64,000 nucleotides of DNA from Epithemia pelagica (Eukaryota > Protista > Bacillariophyta), in NCBI GenBank assembly GCA_946965045.2, contig OX337239.1:3162001-3226000 (forward strand), in the 5' to 3' direction. Below, piece after piece: positions 45,027 to 58,680 of this stretch. The translations under genes were made by a program, and so were the position numbers. The notes under the pieces are model-generated. The model worked only from the letters and a program-made list of their open reading frames with translations, was not told the origin of the DNA and ran no database searches. How positions within the stretch are numbered: the stretch's first letter is position 1; each line of letters starts with the position of its first letter.

Positions 45027-46205
45027 ATGACCACAATACTGAAAGAACGAGCATTGCAGTCGGGCCTTGTCTTATCGGACGAGACACCTGAATGGAATGA
45101 AAACAATTGGCCGCCGCTGGAGGGTGAGTGGCGCTGGCATCATGCTACGGTCGTACTCGATCATCCCGATGAAGACAACAACATCATCAGGGGACAAACC
45201 GTCGTTGTGTTGGGTGGCTATCATCAACGCCAAGGTGGCACCAATTCCGTCCTTGTATTGAATCTAGCAGTCACAAACATGCGATGGCGAGAAGGACCAT
45301 CCATGGACAAGAGTCGTCGTGAACATGCCGCTGTTGTGTGCAATGGCGCTGTCTACGTGATAGGAGGACACAATCAAGGTCCGTGGGATTGTATCGAAAG
45401 AATTGACGTAAAGGATTTGCTGCGATCATCTTCGACATCCAGCACCACACAGGACAGCCCTTGGATGACATTGACATGTCGATTATCAACGCGACGGTTT
45501 GGATGTTGTGCTGTTGCGGTTCACAACCGATACATCGTTGTAATAGGTGGCTATTACAACCTTCGTTTTTTGTCGTCAGTGGATTTTCTTGATACCAGGA
45601 ATCACATTGTCACTTCTGGACCATCCATGACTGTTAAACGACAATATTGTGCCAGTGCGGTTATTGGTCACCGCATCTTTGTCGTTGGAGGTTGGAACAA
45701 GCGTGGCAATCTTGACTCGGTGGAGTATTTAGACCTTGCAAGGCCATGTGGTACTGAAAAGACAAAGGAGGACTCGGCTAATACATTCATCTCCTTCTCA
45801 CCCATTTGGACCACTCATTCCGAGTTGCTTTCCATTTCACGAGGTTCTTGTGCAATGGTTGCCGTGGGATCTTGTCTGGTGGTGGCGGGAGGACGAGGCA
45901 ATTCAAGTGTGGACGTCTTGGATACGCACCGCAACCGTGTGTGGAATCTTCGACCGTTTAGTACTTTTCGCAGGGGCTGCGGTATGGTGACTGTTGCAAA
46001 TCAAGTTGCGGTGATTGGTGGTAACGGCAATCCTACCTGTGCGACATTACCACTAATGGACGAGAATACATGGTGTTTTCTTGAACTCTCGGAACGAATG
46101 GTATCATTGTTTAGACAGATCGGGAAACGGGATGTCAATGTATCTTCCCGCACCAACTCGACGTCCACTCTTAAAGATTTAGTACCAATACATGATGGAG
46201 GATAG
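45027..46205 (+). CDS. Kelch-only beta-propeller protein K9 (392 aa; six blades intact, tail altered by small deletions)
   Basis: ATG 45027 to TAG 46205. After WCF the sequence departs from RRLCEQ (LELSERMVSL...) and has no KRAR. Confidence 0.85.
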   Translation: MTTILKERALQSGLVLSDETPEWNENNWPPLEGEWRWHHATVVLDHPDEDNNIIRGQTVVVLGGYHQRQGGTNSVLVLNLAVTNMRWREGPSMDKSRREHAAVVCNGAVYVIGGHNQGPWDCIERIDVKDLLRSSSTSSTTQDSPWMTLTCRLSTRRFGCCAVAVHNRYIVVIGGYYNLRFLSSVDFLDTRNHIVTSGPSMTVKRQYCASAVIGHRIFVVGGWNKRGNLDSVEYLDLARPCGTEKTKEDSANTFISFSPIWTTHSELLSISRGSCAMVAVGSCLVVAGGRGNSSVDVLDTHRNRVWNLRPFSTFRRGCGMVTVANQVAVIGGNGNPTCATLPLMDENTWCFLELSERMVSLFRQIGKRDVNVSSRTNSTSTLKDLVPIHDGG

Positions 46206-49200
46206 CACTTGAAAGGTGCAACAAGTTGCACGGCCATGAGCCCGGCAACTATAATTATAGTCTCGTACAAAACAGGACATCCTAAGTAACGTTGTATGGA
46301 AAGCTCTAAACCACTATACCTACACAGGAGTGGCTTGCTCTGTCGAAAAAAGACATTCTAGTAGAAAAGGCACCAGCTTGCGTAGAAGATGACCGCACAT
46401 GAATTTCCCTCTGAATCCATGGCGTTTGTGGCGGTCGGATCCATCCGCGATAGAATTGATTCTTGTGAGTGAATCGGCTGTCGACCGAGGTCGACAAAGG
46501 TTAAGGACACAAAGTCACCACGATAACTCATGAGACTGTTGGACCATACAGAACAGCCAGCTCAAGACACGAATCTCTGCGAGTTTGTGCGACATGTTGG
46601 TTCTGAGTTGTTTGATATTGTCTCCCAATCGCGGACCACTTTTGATCGTGATAACATGATTTCCTGCTTTGGTTGTTCGTGGACAAAGCCGCACCATTTG
46701 TGAACCACACGAGGTTGGGGCCACGTTGTAAGGCGAAAGAGGAACATGGTCCATTGTCGAATGTAAATGGTGGTGGGCGTCGTTGTTCCTTCGCTACAGT
46801 GTCCTTAGAATTGCCACAGTGGTGTGGGTGTTGTGGGTGGATGGTTGAGACTTTGTCGTCGTGTCTCAATGGTCCTGTTACTATTGTCTTGTGACAGGGC
46901 CATCGTTGTCGCTGTGGTTGCTTGATGGAGCCAGGGAAGAGCTTGACTCGTGGTGGCCGTTGTAGGGAGGTGTCTGGTTGGTGCAGTTGGTGTGTGGTTA
47001 TTGGTGGAAGCAACACCCCCACTCGTTGTTCTACCAGAGCTGAGTGACCGTTGACCAAACTCGAGGCTTGTTCCAATCCTGTACATTCCTGAGTCATGCT
47101 GCCAACCACGTGAATCATGGTTGTGACGGACAGTTGCATCAAAATGGGTCTCTCTCGTGCGTGTGTTCATCTCTTGCGGATCTTGTGGTTTGGTTCCAAG
47201 GTCTAGTGGGGGATGGTGAAGAGTTTTCTTATTCTGACTGCGGCTCACATACAGGTTGAAGATCAGGTGAGGAGGAGGAGAACGATAACGAACTTGATAA
47301 TGCGCCGCCGTATTACGAGATCAAAAGCATGGGGAAGATTGCGATTGTCGTAAAAGGCCAGCCATCACCCCAGAAAGAGTCTTTCTCCACGGGAGACATG
47401 AGAGAGAGAGTAAGAGCTGCCAGAAGGCGCGAAAAGGTCAATCTCCGGAACCAAAGACGGCGACGGCGACAGCGACACATTGTGGTGTGGAGGTATCTTT
47501 TTCCTGTCGTTTCGATGGATCTTCCCCCCCAAAAAAACTGATGTGGAGTGCCCGCCCTCCCCCAAAGTCTGCGGAGTCCGTGGTCGCGGAATGAGGACAG
47601 GAGGAATGGCTCGCAGGCGCGCCGACCGAGACGAGCATAGCCACTCTTTCCTATTCGAATTGACAAGAGGACGATGGATCTCATCGCCAAAAGACGACCA
47701 CACTCTTTAATAGAATTCACTGCTACACTCGATAGGAAACCATGTCAGTTACGAGTCATCTACTTCTCTCTTCTTCCTTTTCTTGGTGAAAGACTCAAGG
47801 ATTGGCTGGACGGAAAAAGACCAACGATAGGAAGGCGCTTCGAATGCTATGAGTGTCGCTGCGGCTGCTTGGAGTACAAGAACAAGAACAACAACGACGA
47901 CGACCATTCCACAACAGGGGTTCGACGAGTCATCAAACAAGAAGGTCGACGGCCGCATGGAAGTTTGGTTCGGACGATGCTTCCACCATGCGGGTTCCAG
48001 GGTCCTCCTTGCGACATCAATGACAGCCACAACAATCACCACTCACGTGTTTGTGTTGGTCCAACACCTTCTCGCTCACCGTCGTCAATCGCGTCGTTCC
48101 GTCTACTTGCACAACGACCACGACGACGACGATTTTTTTTTGAGGCAAGAAAGAAAAGACAGAATTTTATGACCCGCAAGCCGAAGCCACGGCCGTTCGA
48201 CGAACCGTCGCAGCGCCGGAAACGAAAGAGTCCTATGCCGGATGGGGTTGATTTGCCGACCGATGGACCTTTTCCGACGACTCGGTGGTCGCTCTGGCCA
48301 ACCAATTGCATCGTCACATGTATCAACTCTTGTTTGACGACGCCGAATTAGAGATGGAACCTGTGGCGGACAAGGATGGGGTCGAGTTGCAGGAATATGC
48401 CATATGCCACCAAGATGGAGCGGAAGACACCCTTTGAGACCCTGTACCTTGAATCCAAGAAACCCATTCCACGTCGATGCGGCCCTTACAGCGGGTCGAC
48501 CACACTTCCCCATGACACTAATAATAAGAACGACCAACAACTATCCGTGCAACTGCACTGGGAAATGTCCGTGGCTTGGTCGGAATTCGCGTGGGAACCT
48601 TGCGTCCTGTTGGTGGGATCGTCCCACTTGCAACTGGAACAAGATATGCAGCCAAAGAAGATCATCCCAATTGGCAGTACGCGCCACCTATGGAGACTAC
48701 TGTCCAAACCAAGCACAGTAAAAAGGGGAAGGACGTGGACTTGGTCGTCCAAGATTGTGGCCAATCAAAAAATGTATACATTTCAAAAAACACATGGCAG
48801 TTATTCCTTGGGGAACCTCCAACCACACTCCCACTGGCGCAAGAATATTCATGTCCCCATCCATGGCCAGAGCATTGTCGTCATTGTTTGCCACCAACAA
48901 TGTGCTGACACTGTCATCGACGGACCCATAACATGTATTGCCCAACTATACAGCAATTTTGATGCTTGTCCGTCTCAACCTGCAGATGCTTTTCGTAAAA
49001 GACGCCTAACCAGGATGCCAAGGTCAGCAGTTTACAAGCACCGTACCAAGCCATGTTAGAGCAAATGACCTTGGTCCTTTGTATTGCTGGGGTTCTTCGC
49101 GAGAGGCACCACAAGACACAGCACTAAGCATGACGAAAATTACAGGGCGAAGAAACTGACCTAACGACAACGACAGGCACCCGTCATGCCTATCGACCAG

Positions 49201-50227
49201 CAGCAGCAGAACTAGCAGGATAAACAAGAGAAATGTCAACCACAACAGCTGGTTCGAATCACCATGGCCGACGAACTACGACCGACGTGTAGTATTGTCC
49301 AATCATTCAAACAAGTTCCTTCCCAGACGACTCGAATCACAACCAATGTCTCCATCCACGGCCTGTACACAGTGTTGTTGCTTCTCTGTTGACTTGGTAT
49401 TCGTTGATGGGAACCAACAACCAGACAGACTGGAGCCTTCATTGCATGGTTGAATATTCCAACAACAACAAAAAACATCACCTTGATCATTGTAGCGGGC
49501 ATTCTCCGCTTACGCTTCAAGGCCGGCAGCAACTGGATTTTCCTTTTTTTGTCATCTTTCTTCTTGTTCTTGGAAAAGAATACTACACCAAGGACTCTAC
49601 TTGTCTCGACCAGAAATGTTCTACTTGGTCCTCAAAGCAACATGGTGGCTACCTCTTCTTGTTGGCACCCACCAACAAATTGATGTTCTAGAGAGGATTG
49701 GAAACAAACCTTGGCTGCAGGCACTGTCCATCCAGCCATTGGTGTTCTGCAAATCGAGAGGATGACGGAGGAGCACGCACATGCCCTATTGTGTGATATG
49801 CTAGTTCCCAAGGGCGTTTGGCAGGGCTGGGACAATGGCGCAAAAGAGAGACGTTTTGCTGGGGCTCTTTGCGAAAGGCACCACGAAACACTGTGTACTA
49901 CTAGGACAACGCATCCCGAAAATTACATGGCGACGAAACTGACCTCACGACGGACAGGTACCCGTGTCATGCTGTGGACTCCGACCATTGACTAGCAGTA
50001 CTAGCAGGACGGAACAACAAGAGCACAGTGTCAACAAGAACAGGTCGGTCGAAGCAACTGTCACGATTTGTCTCGTGACAAAATCTCCTACCCCTCTTTG
50101 TTTCATCCATTTCGTGCCGTCAGTCGTGCTTCCAGTCCGCACCCGCCAGCATCACAACAACAGACCAAGCCTACGCAAGACAGTGTCTCGATCCCCATAA
50201 ATTCTGCAGTCGAAAACGTGTGGAACC

Positions 50228-51463
50228 ATGAGCATGACACTGAAAGAACAAGCATGGCAGTCGGGCCTAGTCCTTTTGAACGAAACACCTGAATGGAATG
50301 AACACGACTGGCCTCCTCTTATGGGTGGATGGCGTCGCGATCATACTACGGTCGTACTCGATCATCCCGCTTAGAACGATAACAACAACCACAGGGGACA
50401 AGCGGTCGTCGTGTTGGGAGGATTTAAACAAGGCCAAGGTGTCATCAATTCCATTCTTGTTTTGAACTTGGCAGAATCAAATATGCAGTGGCGAGAAGGG
50501 TCACCCATGAACAAGAGTCGTCGAACACATGCCGCTGTTGTGTGCAACGGAGCCGTCTACGTAATGGGAGGATACAATGGCGTAATGGGAGGATACAATG
50601 GAGGAACTTTGGATTGTATCGAACGAATCGATGCCAATGACTTGCTGCAATTATCCTTACGAAACAGCACCACACATGAGAGCCTTTGGATTTCATTGAA
50701 TTGTCGACTATCAACCGAACGAAGAGGGTGTAGTGCTGTTGCGGTGCACAACCGATATATTGTTGTAATGGGTGGCTGCGACGATGGTTATTTGCCGTCA
50801 GTGGATATTATTGATAGCGGCAATCACACTCTCATTTCCGGACCATCCATGACTGTTCCTCGGTCATTTTGTGCCAGTGTGGTCGTTGGTCACCGAATCT
50901 TTGTTGTTGATGGCTGTAATGAGCATGGCAATCTTGACTCGGTTGAGTATTTGGACTTCACAAGGCCATGTGATAATAGGGAGACAGAGAAGGACACTAC
51001 TGCTTCAGTGATATCTTTCTCGTCCACCTGGATCACTCATTCTCATTTGGTCCTTTCCAATGCACGAAGTTCTTGTGCAATGGTTGCCGTGGGATCTTGT
51101 CTGGTGGTGGCGGGAGGACGAGGCATTCCAACCGTGGAAGTATTGGATATGCACCGCAACCATGTGTGGAACCTCCTACCATTCACTAATTACGGTAATG
51201 GCTGTAGTATGGTGACTGTTGCCAATCAAGTTGCCGTGATTGGTGGATGGGGCGATCCTTCCTGTGCGACATTACCACTAATGGATAGAAAGTCGTGGTG
51301 TTTTCAGCGACTCTGTGAGCAGCCTCGGAACGAATGGGACCAGTTCCGGGAAGGAATGGGTATCCGAGATGCTGATGTTTCACGCTTTTCCACCTCGACA
51401 TCAGCTCGTAAACGAGCTACGCCCAGTACGCAGCGTGGTGATTCAGGAAAGGATGAAAGTTGA
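50228..51463 (+). pseudogene. Kelch gene K10 (duplicate of K3) with in-frame TAG at 50372-50374
   Basis: ATG 50228 is in frame with ORF 50411-51463. The stop is AAG>TAG relative to K3. There is an extra in-frame 21-bp duplication (VMGGYNG) at ~50560-50601. Confidence 0.87.
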
Positions 51464-53745
51464 ATTTTGCGACGTATAAATATTGCATCCATGTCCTGCA
51501 GTTGCAAAACTATAGCATAATCATTTGGTTCTCAAGCACTTTTCTTGTTTTTTTTTAATGGCATTGCTAACTATTGAGATGTCATGTCTTCGTTGTACTG
51601 GTAGAAAATGAAAGTTATAGCGTCCGACATGACCCTGCCGTTCTCCGCATAGAGGAGTGGAGTCATGCTCTTGAGTGCCTGTCCATGGTACCATGCCTCT
51701 CTGCTGTTGAATGGGTTGAGTTATCTGGCTGACCAAGATGATGGTTGTGCGCCTGAAGCACTCTAGTCGGAACCATCAATACCAAACAACGTCAACACAT
51801 ACAAACATGCCGGACACACGCGCGCTTCTCCTCGGCGGTTGTACACAGCGACTCGTTTGGACGGTCGTCTTAGTTCCGACCATGCGACAGTTTGTCGGTC
51901 GGGTCCTTCTATGACGCGTGCTCGTGTCTTCGGGTGGCAGTCGTTATTAGGAAATTTGTGAATTCTTTGGAATTTTTGCACAGCCACAAATTTTTCAGGA
52001 GTCCGATAACTTTATGGGTCGATTCAGCAATCAGTCTCTCCCCAGTGATGTGGCTCTTGGTGAGGCTATGGTCATCGGTCCATGGGAATCAACAAGAACA
52101 TTGCGGTGCGCAACGTCCCAGTTTCCCATGGCATTGTCACGGGGGAAGGCGAAAACGACCATGGTAGTGCTGCGACATCCCCAACCACCACCTCGTATCG
52201 AAGTATGGCTTGCTCCATACTTTCAACCAGACGGCTTTTCCATTCCAACGTCTGGATTCTAAATTACTGGTCGAAACTTGTTATTCTTCGTTGTTGGATT
52301 CTGGTGGGTGTTGTCTGTCCATTTTCCACGGCAAAACACGTCTACCATCATGGACTGGTCATTACCACTGCACTGTGGTTTGTTTGTTGTTGTTTTGCGA
52401 CAGTATTGCTCGTCGATACTGCTTTGTGAATCCAAAATTCTGTTCTCGTGGCCGCAGATCCCCATCCATGACAATGACACGGCATGGTTGTGGAGTACAA
52501 CACCCCAAAGTTGGACGGACAAGACTTGTTTCCAAGAGAGACTGCGCCGATTCGAACCAAGGCTTGGTGTAATCGTGAAGCTGAAAGCACATTTGCGTCA
52601 CGTTGACTGAAGAAAAGCATTCTGGTTGCCGTCGTTGCATAGACAAGGACATTGCTTAGAGCTTGTCGGGTGCTGTCAAACTATGGACCAAGCTCCAGGC
52701 CAATAAACACCAGAGAATCGATCGAGTCACGCTCAAACTGCAATGTTGCCGCCGCTGCAGCTACTACCAGGCTTGGATTCACAGTCAGTATCCATGTTCG
52801 CGATCGGTGTTTCATGTCAGAGAACACACAAGCATTGGACAAGGCCACTCTGTCATTGTCTTGTTCATGTTCTTGCCGTTGTCCTACCACCTCTGTTTCA
52901 GAAATCGCGGAACTGGATGTTTTTGGAAAGGACCCACAAGAATGCAACTCTCGAATCTGTCAGCTTCATCCTGCAATTTCCAAGGGCCTCTTTTGTTGCA
53001 ACGGTGTATTTCGTCATTAGTGGTTTGACACCGGCAATTTGACATAGCCTGACACACAAAACTCTTGTACGTTCTCGACGCCAGGTGCATCCAAGCGACG
53101 ACTCATCCGGTCTAGTTTTTTCCTTCTTGAACTCTTGTGGTTTTCAATCGAGACAACACCATCACCCATTGGCAAATGTAGCACCGGTCCTGACACCCAC
53201 CTTGGCGAATGGAGGCCCTTGAACCAGTGCAATACGCGTCTGCCACAGGACCAACCTTTGCGGTCCAACCAAATCCACGTGACATTCTCGAAAACAACCC
53301 AATGAGCGGTGCACATTCGAATCATTGGATCAAGAAGTCAACAAGACCACTCTCTCTGTTGTTGTTGTCGTTGTGAACAGACTGTATAGGACCAAGGGAA
53401 GAATGGTGTTGCTCCATAAATGGCGTGGGACGAGATGACTTGGAAATTAGGGATTGTCAATCTGTGGACCTATTCATCATACAAAAGGACTCTTCATCAC
53501 AAATGTCGCTCTCTCTCTCTCCCTCGTCGTCGTATCTTTTACAGCAAAAGATACTTTTGGGGGCTTGTCATGAAATCTATGTGCGATTGACTGCCCTTCA
53601 CCATCGTACGCAGGACAGGCACACCTTTTCTGTCTCCACGCGCGCCGGTCTCCACGCAAAAAAGCAAAGCTTCCACTTCCACGCGTTGCTCTATTATACA
53701 AAAAGACCCGCTCTCGTGCTGCCATTTCTTGTCGACATTGGGATC

Positions 53746-54933
53746 ATGACAACGACACTGAAAGACCAAGCATGGCAGTCGGGCCTTGTACTTTTGGAAG
53801 AGACACCTGAATGGAATTTCGAGGACTGGCCTCCTCTTGAGGGTGGATGGCGTTACTATCATGCTTCCGTCGTACTGAATCCTACCGATAACAACGAGGA
53901 GCAAACCGTCGTCGTGTTGGGAGGATTCAAACAAGGCCAAGGCTATGTCAACTCAATTCTTGTATTAAATTTGGCAGAGTACAACAAGCAGTGGCGAGAA
54001 GGGCCACCCATGAACAAGAGATGTTATGGACATGCCGCTGTTGTTTGCAATGGCGGCGTGTACGTGATGGGAGGATACAGTCGAGGACTTTTGGATTGTA
54101 TTGAACGAATTGATGCCAATAATTTGCTTCGATCATCCTTAACAACCATCACCACGCAGGATAGTCATTGGAAAACATTGACATGTCGGTTGTCAAAGGA
54201 ACGACATGGATGTTGTGCTGCTGCGGTTCACAACCGATACATCGTTGTAATGGGTGGCTATAACAACGATCGTTATTTGTCGTCGGTGGATATTATAGAT
54301 ACAAACAACCACACTGTCACTGCGGGACCATCCATGACTGTTCCACGACAACTTTGTGGCAGTGCGGTGATTGGCCACCGCATCTTTGTCGTTGGAGGTC
54401 ATAACGACAATGGCCATCTTGACTCGGTGGAGTATTTGGAATTTACGCAGGAGAGAAAAGACGACACTTTGTCTACAGTCATTTCCTTCTCGTCCGCTTG
54501 GAACACTCACTCTGAAATGGTGCTCTCCAACCCACGAACTTCTTGTGCAGTGGTTGCCGTGGGATCCTGTCTGGTTGTGGCGGGAGGACGAGGCAATGTT
54601 AGTATGGAAGTATTGGATACGAACCGCAACCGTGTGTGGAATCTCCTACCATGCGGAAATCGCCGCGATGACTTCAGTATGGTGACTGTTGCCAATCAAG
54701 TTGCCGTGATAAGTGGTTTTGGCAGTCCTACCTGTGCGACATTACCACTACTGGACAAGCATACGTGGTGTTTTCAACGACTCTGTGAGCAGCAGCCCAA
54801 CAGATGGTTTCTTTTTGGGGAAGGAAGGAATATCCAACATGCTGATATTTCACCCTTCTCCACCTCGACATCAGCTCATAAACGCGCAAGGCCCAATACA
54901 CGCCGTGGTGATGAAGGGAAGGATGGAACTTGA
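53746..54933 (+). CDS. Kelch-only beta-propeller protein K11 (395 aa, intact; duplicate of K4)
   Basis: ATG 53746 to TGA 54933. Nearly identical to K4 except a divergent patch in blade 2. Confidence 0.9.
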   Translation: MTTTLKDQAWQSGLVLLEETPEWNFEDWPPLEGGWRYYHASVVLNPTDNNEEQTVVVLGGFKQGQGYVNSILVLNLAEYNKQWREGPPMNKRCYGHAAVVCNGGVYVMGGYSRGLLDCIERIDANNLLRSSLTTITTQDSHWKTLTCRLSKERHGCCAAAVHNRYIVVMGGYNNDRYLSSVDIIDTNNHTVTAGPSMTVPRQLCGSAVIGHRIFVVGGHNDNGHLDSVEYLEFTQERKDDTLSTVISFSSAWNTHSEMVLSNPRTSCAVVAVGSCLVVAGGRGNVSMEVLDTNRNRVWNLLPCGNRRDDFSMVTVANQVAVISGFGSPTCATLPLLDKHTWCFQRLCEQQPNRWFLFGEGRNIQHADISPFSTSTSAHKRARPNTRRGDEGKDGT

Positions 54934-57900
54934 AATCTGCAACGTATTGCATGTATGTCCTAACAATAGCGGAACTTTAGCATTATCATTTTACTCTCAA
55001 ACAGTAGTTGGATTGTTTTCGTTATGACATTGCGACCTATAGAGATATAATGAACACTGTTGTACTAGTAGAAAACGAAAGTTACACTATCCTGCATTAC
55101 ACCGCAAACAGGAGTGGAGGCAGGCCTTGGATATAGATGCCCATGGTACCATGCCTCTCTGCTGGTGAATGAGTCGAGTTATCTTGCTGTGGAAGATTAT
55201 GGTTGCGTGCCTGAAACACTTGGGCGCAGTGACTCGTTTTGGACGGTCGTCTTCGTTCCGACCATGCGTTCAATTGTGGGGTCCGGTCCTTCTATGGCGA
55301 ACGCCTGCGTGAGAGGACAGTACCCCGTCTCTCGGTGCTTGTGGTTTCGGGTGACAGGACATTTACGATTCCTTTGGATTTTGTGACACCGTCGTGTGTT
55401 CGATATTTTCTCCAATTCGGCAATTTGCTTGCGTCGATCCAGCAATCAGTCTCTCCGTAGTGGCTCGTTGACAGTCCATGGGTATCGGTCCATGGGGATC
55501 CACAAGAACAATCGTAGTGTGCAAAGTTATGTCTTGCCCCTCAATGCCAGTTCCGCCGAAACCTTGTTGCACGATTACAACACTGTCGAACAGCAGTGTT
55601 GGACATTGACCAGTACATCGTTTGTGCCTCGTACAACACCCACACAACCACGACCCGCGCCGATCATGTCATGCCTATCGTCTCACAGCAGTGTTGGACC
55701 TCGATCACTACCACATTTGAGCCTCGTACCGAACTCAGCGGTACCAACAACAAAACCACGACCACGAATGCCGCCGATCATGTCTTGGCTGTAGTCTACT
55801 AGAATTTGTGGTTGTTGTTGTTGTTGTTTTTCTTCTTCTTCGTTGGATTCTAATTGGTGTTGCTGCCTTGTCGTTCCGCACCAACACCAAGCTTGAATCT
55901 TCGTACGTATTAGACTTGAAAGGGCGATGCGATCCTTTCCATAACCAGTTCTCCACTACTCCAATCGGACGCATCGGGAGGAGTTGAATAAGGGTCCATC
56001 CTTCAATCCGTAGTACTGCACTCCTCGTCACGGTGGTCCGACTTTGAGCATTCGTTGCAAACATACGACGTTTCCATTCAGAGCTGTCGTCATAAGTTTA
56101 ATACCAGTTGCTGTAAAGCTCCGTACTTTTTTCGAGCCTCCACATTTTTATGTACTTCCAATGGGGCGACTTTGTTATCGATTCAGCACAGGTCCTTATG
56201 GTGTCATGTCGAGAAAGAGTCCACATATAATTGTCGACCAGACTGCCATGCGGTGCCACAACACAAAGAGATTTGCGTGGTCTTGTAGTATGGTGTTCTT
56301 TTTTCGTCCAGTGTGACAACGACAAATGCGGTTTGGTTGTTGTACTTTTGCTATGGGATTCCATCGTGGTTTCTTTCCTGGCTTGCGCTGTTGCGGCGAC
56401 ACTGGGCTGTAGGAGCACTTCCCACATACAAGTCCAACGCCAAAAGAGAGACATGTCTTCACACCGTCGTCAGATCGGTCCATGGAGATCCACAATAGCA
56501 GTTTGCAGAGTACAAAGTATAGCCACTTTCCCATGGCACTATCACGGAGGAAGGAAAAAAAGACCATGGCAGTGCTGCGGTATCCCCACCAACCACCTCG
56601 TGTCCAAGTATGGCTTGCTGGATTGTCCATGCGAGCAAACAAACGGCAAACATCTGGATTCTAAATGACAGCACTTGTGGTGCATACATGAGTATAACAC
56701 TTTGGTCCTCCACTGTTGAAGTCCAGTGGAGGAGGACAATCTTTGTTACAAAAAGCACAATAGTGGCCGTATGGTGCTGATTGCTGATTTTGTCGTTTCA
56801 ATAACACTTTGGTACTCTACGTTGCACGTCCAGTGGAGGAGGACACAAGAATGGCCGTGCTGATCTTTTTTTGTCGTTTCAGTAGCGGCGCGCGTGCGGC
56901 AGCTGGAAGAATAGACTATTCTTCCCTTTGTTTTTTGTCGTTATAATAGATCTTCCCCCAAACTGTGATGTGGAGTCCCCCCCCCGAAGTCTGTGGAGTC
57001 CCTTCCAAATCTTGGTCGCGGAATGAGGACAGGAATGGCTCGCAGGCGCGCCGACCGAGACGAGCCCTGTCACTCTAAAATATCGATTGATGTCGCCAAA
57101 AGACGACCACTCTTTAATAGAACCTACTGCTACACTCAATGGGAAACAAGGCATCTACGGTATCATCCCAACGGCAACGGCGTTCGATCCACGGCCATGG
57201 CAGCCAAAGAATGATCATCCCAATTGGCAGTCTAAACTCATGGCAGGTATTCCTTGGGAAACATCCAACCACACTCCCACTAGCGCAGCAGACGGACCCA
57301 TAGTATGCATAGCGCAACCTGCCCGTGCTTTTTGTAAAAGACGCCTAGCCAGGTTGCCAACGTCGACAGTTTGCAAGCACCGTATCTAGTCATGTCAGCA
57401 GCAAGTGGCCTTGGCCTTTTCATCCGTTGTATTACTGGGGTTCTTCGCGAGAGACACCACGACCCATGGCAAAAATTGCAGGATGACGAAACTGACCTGA
57501 GCCAGTACCATGACAACGACCGGTACCCGTCATGACCATCGACCAGCAGCAGAAGAAGTAGCAGGATGGAACAACAAGAGCAGTGCCAACAACAACAGCT
57601 CGGTCGACGAAACAACAACAGCTCGGTCGAACCAAGTTCCTTCCCAGACGACTCGCATCACTGCCCAGGTCTCCATCCACGGCCTGTGCGCAGTGTCGTT
57701 GCTTCTCGGTCGATTGGGTATTCGTTGATGGGAACCAACAACCAGACAGACTGTGAAGCCTTCATTGCATTGTTGGGTATTCCATGGCATTGTGATTGGG
57801 ATGTATGGAAATGCCAAACAAAACCCGACCATACTGTACTCCACCACCCATTGCAAGTGACATCCGCAACAACCACAAAAGATCTGACACGAATCCACAC

Positions 57901-58680
57901 GACCTTCATGGCTGTTACGGGCATTCTCCGTTGACGCTTCATGGCCTGCAGCTATAACTTTCTTCTTGTTCGGTACTAAAGGGACTCTTCTTGTCGCCAC
58001 CAGAAAATCGGTCATTCTTTACCCACCAAACTCCCTCGAGATGGTCTGCCCAACGACCCCACAGTGCCCGTGCGCAATCATTGTTTGTGATGAGTCTCTC
58101 TCGACCGACCAAGTGGTCCCAGCAGTTGGTCGTCTTCCCAAAAACAGCCTAGCGCTAATAGATGAGCAACAAGAACTGGGAGCGAATCCTCGTCTGATTT
58201 ACCGCATTCGTCTTCAACATGAGGAAAGTTACGTAATTATGGGTACGAGAAATCTCTTGTTTCTTGTAAGTGTACATCATCATCCCGTGGGTCCTTCTGT
58301 AAGAAGAGTAGTCGTGGTTATCGAAAGCAGAGACTTGGATTGCAAAAAAATCCTCTAGTCATGAGCGCCCACGGAGAACCTATGGATGCAACACAAGGAG
58401 ACAGAGAAATGGATAGGAACCATCTGTCTCGCCATGAGGTTTATTTCGATATCCAAAACCTTTCATGGAGCTCCAAACGTGATCTTTTTCACTGCGTGGA
58501 TATTGTCACGATTTGATGTCTCGTGACGAAAGCTCCTACCCCTCTTTGGTCCATCCATTTCGTGCAGTCAGTCGTGCTTCCAGTCCGCACCCATCAAAAT
58601 CACAACAGAGCAAACCTACGTGCCTCTTATAAGACAGTGTCTCGGTCCCCATAATTTCTGCAGTTGAAACATTTGCAACC

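Larger units (their letters stand above)
50005..58006 (+). repeat. Segmental duplication copy B (contains K10, K11)
   Basis: Near-identical to 7338-15308. Confidence 0.92.

Noticed and set aside
53425-53745. N-terminally extended Kelch ORFs (502 aa at 53425, 415 aa at 10989, 357 aa at 23220)
   Set aside because: They start at GTG/TTG codons and the extensions are not conserved in frame between twins K4 and K11. The shared start is the MT(T/M)TLKEQAW ATG.
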